Shown one piece after another: positions 60,030 through 64,000 of a stretch of DNA of 64,000 nucleotides (position 1 is the stretch's first letter; each line of letters begins with the position of its first letter). The position numbers and the translations under genes were made by a program. This stretch comes from Solirubrobacterales bacterium. GTDB taxonomy: Bacteria; Actinomycetota; Thermoleophilia; Solirubrobacterales; 70-9. Under the pieces are notes generated by a model, which searched no databases, was not told where the DNA came from, and saw nothing but the letters and a program-made list of their open reading frames with translations. The stretch spans positions 75,592 through 139,591 of the forward strand of contig DASZEL010000002.1 in the NCBI GenBank assembly GCA_035940865.1, read 5' to 3'.

Positions 60030-62011
60030 GCTGGCAGCTGACGAGCTTCGTCATCCTCGGCCTCGTCCTTCTCGGCGGCTTCGTCTGGTATGAGCGTTCG
60101 CGGCCGCCTTCGCAGGTCGTCGCCCTGGTGGCTGCGCTGGCCGCGCTGGCAATCGTCGGCCGGATCGCCTTCGCCGCTTTCCCCAACGTCAAGCCGACCA
60201 CCGACATCGTCATCTTCGCCGGCTACGCCCTCGGCGGCGCCCCTGGATTCGCCGTCGGCGCCCTCGCCGGCCTCGTCTCCAACTTCTGGTTCGGCCAAGG
60301 TCCGTGGACGCCGTGGCAAATGGCGGCCTGGGGTCTCTGCGGGGTGCTCGGAGCGCTCCTCGCGCTCGGCGCGCGTAACGCCAGCCGCTTCGTCCTCGCC
60401 GGCGTTTGCGGCATTGCAGGCATTTTGTACGGAGCTCTGATGAACTTCTCCTTGATGGCGACCTATGGGGGAGACCTATCGTGGAAGCACTTCTGGGTGC
60501 TTGAGGGGCGCGCGGTCCCGTTTGAAATCGCCCACGTCCTCGGCAACGTCGTGCTTGCGCTGGTGGCGGGCCCGGCGATGGTGCGGATGCTCGTCCGCTT
60601 TCGCCAACGCTTCGAATGGCAGCGACGGGGGACGAAAGAGAGCTTCGGGGGGTCAGGCGGGAAGTGGGGCGGCGCCCTCCGCGGCGGTATTGCGCTCCTG
60701 CTCGTGGCGATGGCGGCGGCCCTCGCGGCACCCGCCGCCCAAGCCTCCGACGTCAGCCGTGCCGCCGATTGGCTCGCATCCCAGCAGCGCCCCAGCGGCG
60801 GCTTTGCCGCCGACTCCGGTCGCGAGGCCGGTGCGGAAATGACCTCCTGGGCGATGCTCGCCCTCGCTGCCGCCGGGCGCAATCCGCTCGACGTAACCGC
60901 CGCCGGCAAATCTCCCGTCGATTTCCTTCGCTCGCACGCCGCCGAGATCAAGGACGCCGGCGACGTCGCCCGGACGATCCTCGCGCTGGAGGCGGCTGGG
61001 GTCGATTCGCGCGAATTCGCCGGCGAAAACTTCGTCGACCGGCTGCTCGCGCAGCGGCGCCAGAGCGGCTCCTACCAGGGCTGGCCCGCCACCAGCGCCT
61101 ACGCGGTGCTGGCGTTGCGGGCGGCCGGAGCCAACGACGCGACCGCGAAGACGGTCGAGTGGCTGCGCAAGGTGCAGGGCAAGGACGGCGGCTGGGGGAA
61201 CCTGCCTGGCGACGCGAGCACCCCTGAGATCACCGGCGCCGTCTTGCAGGTGCTCTCGCCTGGATCCGAGGCCAGCGATCGCGCGCTCGCCTACCTGCGC
61301 AAGGCGAAGCGCCCCAACGGCGGCTTCGCTCCCGCCAACAACCTTGCCGCCAACGCCCAGGCGACTGCTTGGGCCTCAGAGGGCCTGCTTGCAGCGGACA
61401 AAGACCCGGCCGGGTTCGGCACCGGCAAGAGCTCACTCGCCTACCTGCGCGATCTGCAGGCAGACGATGGCCACTTCCTCCAGGCGCCGGGGCAAGAGTC
61501 CTCGCCCGTCTGGGTAACCGCCGACGCGATCGTCCCCCTCTCCAGCCACTTCCTCCCGATCTCCGCTCCGCCACGCGAGCCCAAGCCGAAGCCGGCCTCG
61601 CCGCCCAACAGCAGCTCTCCGGACTACAGCGGCGGCCTTCCGTCCTCGAGCGTTCCGCCGCCGGACCCGGGCGAATCGCCCCTCGAAACCCTGGAACGGT
61701 TCGAAGACAGCCCGACGGGCGAATCTCCTGCCGGACAGCCGGCTTCACCGGGGGGACGGGGCAAAGGGGTGAAGCCCTCGGGCGGCTCGATCGGGAGCCC
61801 GCTGCCGCAGGGCTCGCCTGTCTCTCCAGCGCCCGCCCCGGAAACGCCGTTGTTGCCCAGCGACGCCGCCGGAGAACCAGCCTCCGAATCGACGGACGAT
61901 TCCAGCAGCACCGCCGGCGCGATCCTCCTCGGCCTGCTCAGCGGCTGCATCCTCTTCGGTCTCGGACTCGCCGGCCGCCGCGGCTGGATGCGCTGGCGCT
62001 ACGGCCTCTAG
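60026..62011 (+). CDS. Fusion protein: ECF S-component-like membrane domain + extracytoplasmic prenyltransferase/terpene-cyclase-like alpha/alpha-toroid repeats + Pro-rich linker + C-terminal TM anchor
   Basis: ATGA-coupled. The N-terminal ~200 aa have 5-6 TM segments with FPNVKPTTDIVIFAG. Then come five QW-like repeats (LASQQRPSGGF, LLAQRRQSGSYQGW, LRKVQGKDGGWGN, LRKAKRPNGGF, LRDLQADDGHF), a Pro/Ser-rich segment and a final TM segment. Confidence 0.65.
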   Translation: MSWQLTSFVILGLVLLGGFVWYERSRPPSQVVALVAALAALAIVGRIAFAAFPNVKPTTDIVIFAGYALGGAPGFAVGALAGLVSNFWFGQGPWTPWQMAAWGLCGVLGALLALGARNASRFVLAGVCGIAGILYGALMNFSLMATYGGDLSWKHFWVLEGRAVPFEIAHVLGNVVLALVAGPAMVRMLVRFRQRFEWQRRGTKESFGGSGGKWGGALRGGIALLLVAMAAALAAPAAQASDVSRAADWLASQQRPSGGFAADSGREAGAEMTSWAMLALAAAGRNPLDVTAAGKSPVDFLRSHAAEIKDAGDVARTILALEAAGVDSREFAGENFVDRLLAQRRQSGSYQGWPATSAYAVLALRAAGANDATAKTVEWLRKVQGKDGGWGNLPGDASTPEITGAVLQVLSPGSEASDRALAYLRKAKRPNGGFAPANNLAANAQATAWASEGLLAADKDPAGFGTGKSSLAYLRDLQADDGHFLQAPGQESSPVWVTADAIVPLSSHFLPISAPPREPKPKPASPPNSSSPDYSGGLPSSSVPPPDPGESPLETLERFEDSPTGESPAGQPASPGGRGKGVKPSGGSIGSPLPQGSPVSPAPAPETPLLPSDAAGEPASESTDDSSSTAGAILLGLLSGCILFGLGLAGRRGWMRWRYGL

Positions 62012-62093
62012 GTCACAGAAACGGCACGAAACCGGCACGCAAATTTTGCGATAGCGCCTTGTTTCGTTACAGCTAAAACATTACGCTAGGATC

Positions 62094-62324
62094 ATGGTGG
62101 TGATGACGCCAAGGCAGACCTGGACCGACGAGCGCCTCGACGAGTTCAAAGCGAGCGTCAACCACCGCTTCGACGAAGTCGACAGGCGCCTCGACCGTTT
62201 CGAAGCGCAGATGCATGCCGATATCCGCGAACTCCGTCAGACCGTCGAGCGGATGAACGCGAGGATGACCAGCGGTTTCATCGGTCTCGCCGGGTTGATC
62301 GTCTCGGCGCAGATCTTCTTCTAG
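62094..62324 (+). CDS. Small coiled-coil protein with a C-terminal TM segment (76 aa)
   Basis: A heptad-like charged helix is followed by GFIGLAGLIVSAQIFF. No family was recognised. Confidence 0.4.
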   Translation: MVVMTPRQTWTDERLDEFKASVNHRFDEVDRRLDRFEAQMHADIRELRQTVERMNARMTSGFIGLAGLIVSAQIFF

Positions 62325-62354
62325 AGAGGAGGTCCCTCCCTATACCCTCGACGC

Positions 62355-62864
62355 ATGGACGTCGAGACCGCGATCCGCACCCGGCGCACGCACAAGGCGT
62401 TCGCGGCGGAGCCGCTGCCGCGGGAGCAGATCGACGAGCTACTCGAGCTGGCAAGCTGGGCGCCGAACCACAACCTCACCGTTCCCTGGCGCTTCCGGGT
62501 GATCGGGCCGGAGACGCTGCGGCGGCTGAAGGAGGTGGCGGGGCCGGAGGGCGCCGCAAAGCTCGACCGGGCGCCGACGCTGATCGTTGTCTCCTGCGTC
62601 CTCAGCGGCGACCCAGTGGAAGAGGAAGAGGACCTGCACGCAACCGCCGCCGCCTCCTACATCGTCCTGCTAGCCGCTCATGACCGCGGCTTCGCCGGCT
62701 ACTGGCGCACGCCCGGCATCCTCCGCAGCGCCAACGGCCGCGCCGCCGTCGGCCTGCCCGAGGAGGAGCGCTTCGTCGGCCTCCTCCACCTTGGCTACCC
62801 GCGCCAGGAGAAGCCGGCGCCGGAGCGCCCTGGCGCCGACCGCACGACGACCTACCTCGACTGA
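62355..62864 (+). CDS. Nitroreductase-family protein
   Basis: AIRTRRTHKAF...EQIDELLELASWAPNHNLTVPWRF is the canonical nitroreductase N-terminal FMN-binding pattern. Confidence 0.8.
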   Translation: MDVETAIRTRRTHKAFAAEPLPREQIDELLELASWAPNHNLTVPWRFRVIGPETLRRLKEVAGPEGAAKLDRAPTLIVVSCVLSGDPVEEEEDLHATAAASYIVLLAAHDRGFAGYWRTPGILRSANGRAAVGLPEEERFVGLLHLGYPRQEKPAPERPGADRTTTYLD

Positions 62865-64000
62865 TGCTGACCCGCTCCCGTGCCATCGAGGAGATCGCCG
62901 GCAAGCACTTCGAGGTGGTGGTGATCGGCGGCGGCATCACCGGCGCCGGCGTCGCCCTCGACGCCGCCTCGCGCGGCTACTCGGTCGCCTTGCTGGAGCG
63001 TGGCGACTACGCCGCCGGCACCTCCAGCCGCTCCTCGAAGATGGTCCACGGCGGCCTTCGCTACCTGCAGAACTTCGACCTCGGCCTGGTCCGCGAGGCC
63101 CTGCTTGAGCGGGCGCTGATGGTCCACCTGGCGCCGCACCTCGTCTACCCGACCCCCTTCCTCGTCGCCGCCCTCGGGGAGGAGCGGCGCGACCGCAAGC
63201 TCGGTCTCGGGCTGAACATGTACGACGTGATGGCGACCACCCGCGCCGGCCGCAGCCGCCGCGAGCGCCGCGTCGCTCGCGCCGAGGAAGAAGACAGCTA
63301 CTGGTCCCCCGACCGCCATCGCACGATCGACCGCGACGAGGTTCTGGACCTGGTCCCGGCGCTGGCGGCGCGCGAACCGAACGATGCCTACCTCTTCTAC
63401 GACTGCCAGACCGACGACGTCCGCCTCGTCCTCACCGTGCTCGGCGAGGCCGAGCGCTTCGGCGCGGTGATGCTGAACGGGGCCGAGGTGACCGAGGTTC
63501 TCTCCGCCAACGGCAAAGCGACCGGCGTCGCCTTCGTCGAGGAGGAGTCGGGCGAGCGGATGGAGGTGACCGCCGACCACGTCGTCAACGCCACCGGCGT
63601 CTTCGCCGACCGGATCCGGCCCGAGGAGCTGCTGGGCGAGGAGGACGTGCCACGGATCGCGCCCAGCCGCGGCACCCACTTGCTGATCGACCAGGCCGAC
63701 CTGCCGATGGGCAAGGCCGCCTGCATCGTCCCGGCAGGAGAAGGGCGGATGATCTTCTCCCTTCCCTGGTACGGGCGCACCCTCGTCGGCACTACCGACA
63801 ATGACTTCGAGGGCGACACCGCGCACCCCCGCCCGGCCGAGGAGGACGTCGCCTATCTACTCGAGGCAGTTAATGACTTCTTCGGGACCTCGCTCGGCGA
63901 GTCGAACCTGGTCGGCGCTTACGCCGGGGTGCGGCCGCTGATCTCCACCGGCGACCCGCGCAAGTCGGTCGACATCTCCCGCAAAGCCGAGCTCTATGAG
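62864..64000 (+). CDS. glpD: FAD-dependent glycerol-3-phosphate dehydrogenase (3' end beyond the window)
   Basis: The ATG at 62864 shares one base with the upstream TGA. FEVVVIGGGITGAGVALDAASRGYSVALLERGDYAAGTSSRSSKMVHGGLRYL is the GlpD signature. The frame is open to the window end, so it is absent from the ORF track. Confidence 0.85.
   Translation, partial: MLTRSRAIEEIAGKHFEVVVIGGGITGAGVALDAASRGYSVALLERGDYAAGTSSRSSKMVHGGLRYLQNFDLGLVREALLERALMVHLAPHLVYPTPFLVAALGEERRDRKLGLGLNMYDVMATTRAGRSRRERRVARAEEEDSYWSPDRHRTIDRDEVLDLVPALAAREPNDAYLFYDCQTDDVRLVLTVLGEAERFGAVMLNGAEVTEVLSANGKATGVAFVEEESGERMEVTADHVVNATGVFADRIRPEELLGEEDVPRIAPSRGTHLLIDQADLPMGKAACIVPAGEGRMIFSLPWYGRTLVGTTDNDFEGDTAHPRPAEEDVAYLLEAVNDFFGTSLGESNLVGAYAGVRPLISTGDPRKSVDISRKAELYE

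Overview
High-G+C bacterial chromosome segment. The protein families and the Ala/Pro/Arg-rich antisense ORF noise suggest Actinomycetota, possibly Thermoleophilia/Rubrobacteria-like, but that placement is inference only. I count about 70 supportable genes. Many are joined by 1-4 nt start/stop overlaps (ATGA, GTGA, TGATG), so operons are easy to trace. Order along the window: (1) a six-gene coupled operon with a fused aminodeoxychorismate synthase, GNAT, HDAC-like deacetylase, small chorismate-mutase-like protein, P450 and flavin enzyme, which looks like a small aromatic-amine biosynthetic cluster; (2) two tandem PQQ-like beta-propeller lipoproteins; (3) a long minus-strand pstSCAB operon extended by three small proteins, a secreted phosphoesterase, greA and a DUF389 gene; (4) a cysPTWA sulfate transporter; (5) hydrolases, then tRNA-Leu(CAG) and tRNA-Glu(CUC); (6) a ~1.5 kb islet bounded by a duplicated tRNA-Glu 3' end that carries a HEPN/MNT toxin-antitoxin pair, followed by a RES/Xre pair; (7) a PAS histidine kinase and OmpR regulator next to a five-gene SipW-type signal peptidase/TasA-like exported-protein operon; (8) transporters and miscellaneous enzymes; (9) a visibly lower-G+C patch with wHTH regulators on both sides, holding an orphan E1-like (ThiF/MccB-type) adenylyltransferase with an N-terminal RRE-like domain, preceded by a Shine-Dalgarno-led 19-codon ORF ending in Gly-Gly; this is my top candidate for an undescribed system; (10) a cobalamin riboswitch driving an ECF transporter whose accessory proteins resemble the two separated halves of eukaryotic cobalamin carriers; (11) a nitroreductase and a 3'-truncated glpD. 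No rRNA, CRISPR array, transposase or integrase was found. All family calls come from motif recognition by eye. No database search was run.
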